Below, piece by piece: positions 62,508 through 64,000 of a DNA stretch of 64,000 nt. The notes beneath the pieces were generated by a model that searched no databases, was not told the origin of the DNA, and saw only the letters and a list, made by a program, of their open reading frames with translations. Position 1 is the stretch's first letter. Every line of letters starts with the position of its first letter. Position numbers and translations under genes: made by a program. This DNA comes from Oikopleura dioica (lineage: Eukaryota; Animalia; Chordata): the NCBI GenBank assembly GCA_907165135.1, contig OU015569.1:3224001-3288000 (forward strand), in the 5' to 3' direction.

Positions 62508-64000
62508 CTGAAAAGAGAGAATGACCACCTGCAAAAGGATAAACAGTTGCAAATCAAACAAAAAAATACATGCTTCTACATTTTAATCCTGCGAAACCTG
62601 CTTTATTGGCCTTTTATAATTGTATTTATGGTGCATTCTTGCAGTGAACTTTATTGGGCAATATATTCCAGTAGCTCTAAACTCTACAAAAGTAGCTAAA
62701 ATATGAAGTGACTCAGAAAGACATGACCTAAAGTTAGGTAATACTGACACTGTCTGGGCGCATAAGTGGTAAAAGATAGGCTGGACGATGTACATTATAT
62801 TAAGATATTATTTAGGGTCAGACTTGTATCGCCTCGTGCACGGTTTTGAGCAGCAACAAAGAAATATGAATGGGCATCTGATCGGTTACTTTTTGTAGAA
62901 TAAGAATATGAACTGTCCTGGAGGTCTTTACAACTCAGGTATACAGCTATTAGTCTATCTTGTTTATCTGTGCCACGTGAATTATCATTTTGTCGGTGGA
63001 AATGGATGCATATATAAACGAATATATATGAGTAGATAAATAAATATAGATATTATAAAAGTTGAAGTTGTGAGACGATGTTGGTAGTCTGGGCACAAGG
63101 CTGTATTAATTTCAGTAATTTTGAGTGAATATTCTAAATTCTAGACAAAATTTCTAGAAAAACTAGCGGCTAGATTAAGAGTCCATCTCTCTTATCTGCG
63201 ACGCAAACTCAGGCGCCTCAAGTGCTAAGGTCCCTCTTCCGAGCGGTAGTCCCGCGAAATAACGCGAGTCGGACATGTAACGCGGCATGGATCCATTCTG
63301 CGAGAAGTTAGGCCATGCAGAGGGCGCCATCACTTGTGCGCGGCCGGTCTGCCAATGAGCTGCTCGCTTAGACTTACGAGGGGTCACTAGACGCAAAAAA
63401 GCGCTCCTTTTAAGGGGCTGGGGTCGACGAGAAAATTTTTTTCGATTTTCAAAGTTTTTAGGACTTCTCAATTAAAAAAAAGGCTTTGTTGTTAGCTTTT
63501 GGGAATACTAACTTTTGATCGCAAAATTTTCGATTTTCAGTCTGGAATTCACGATTTTTAGATGATTTTAAGTATATTTTTTTCTTACAAAAGTAATCAT
63601 GATCATATTTATATTTATAAGACGTAGGTTTTTAAATATTTAACTAATGTGTAATTACAATTATCGAGTCTCTGTGACTTGCACAAAAATGTGTAAAAAT
63701 ATGGATTGTAAACGATGTTTTTTAATCAGAAAGACATTATTTTCACATGAGGTAATCCTTATTATTCGATTGCCACTGTATTTTAAGACTTAAAACCATT
63801 GGGCTTATGCCGAGCTGCGATTTTATGTTCACGACAAATTTTCAAAATGAAAAATCTATGAAAAAAATTAGCCAATCTACCGGCCAATCAGTGGCCAGTT
63901 ACTTTTTTCGGGAAAAGTTTGTCGCGAACAAAGTATCGCAGTTTGGCACTTTCCCAAACTTTAATATTTGAAAAGGAAAAAAGTAAGGTTCTATGGTTTT

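Noticed and set aside
63175-63471. 98-aa minus-strand ORF
   Set aside because: No motif or splice support, and it overlaps a TTAA|GG element terminus at 63410-63435.
1-64000. Autonomous transposase, rRNA or tRNA genes
   Set aside because: No DDE/RT ORF, and no cloverleaf or rRNA signature seen by eye. tRNAscan-SE and Infernal would be needed to exclude them.

Overview
This is eukaryotic, AT-rich, very compact nuclear DNA. Most introns are 41-48 nt, several use non-canonical GA-AG or GC-AG ends, many ATGs sit directly behind an unpaired AG acceptor, and co-oriented genes are closely spaced. That combination points to the larvacean tunicate Oikopleura (inference, not verified). The left ~33 kb is gene-dense: TBCE, a TUBGCP6-like gene, a PNRC-like gene, an MRPL43-TMEM242-RPL36-MOB1-TTC21 cluster and PYROXD2. 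The right ~30 kb holds a Crypton-derived DUF3504 gene, SSUH2, a BEN-domain gene and several orphan genes among many non-autonomous DNA transposons (TA, 8/9-bp and TTAA target duplications). The best candidate for something new is a 6-exon choline/ethanolamine-kinase-fold gene (13637-15725, minus) with an apparent signal peptide, Cys-rich insert, N-glycosylation sequons and a GPI-type tail, i.e. a predicted cell-surface small-molecule kinase. Other highlights are a family of ~750-bp palindromic Kolobok-like elements whose arms co-evolve and which chain through shared TTAA sites, and a 1-kb foldback element inserted in a coding exon. All gene models were spliced by eye, so spans are gene extents and some splice sites are approximate. 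No rRNA, tRNA, CRISPR array or autonomous transposase was seen.
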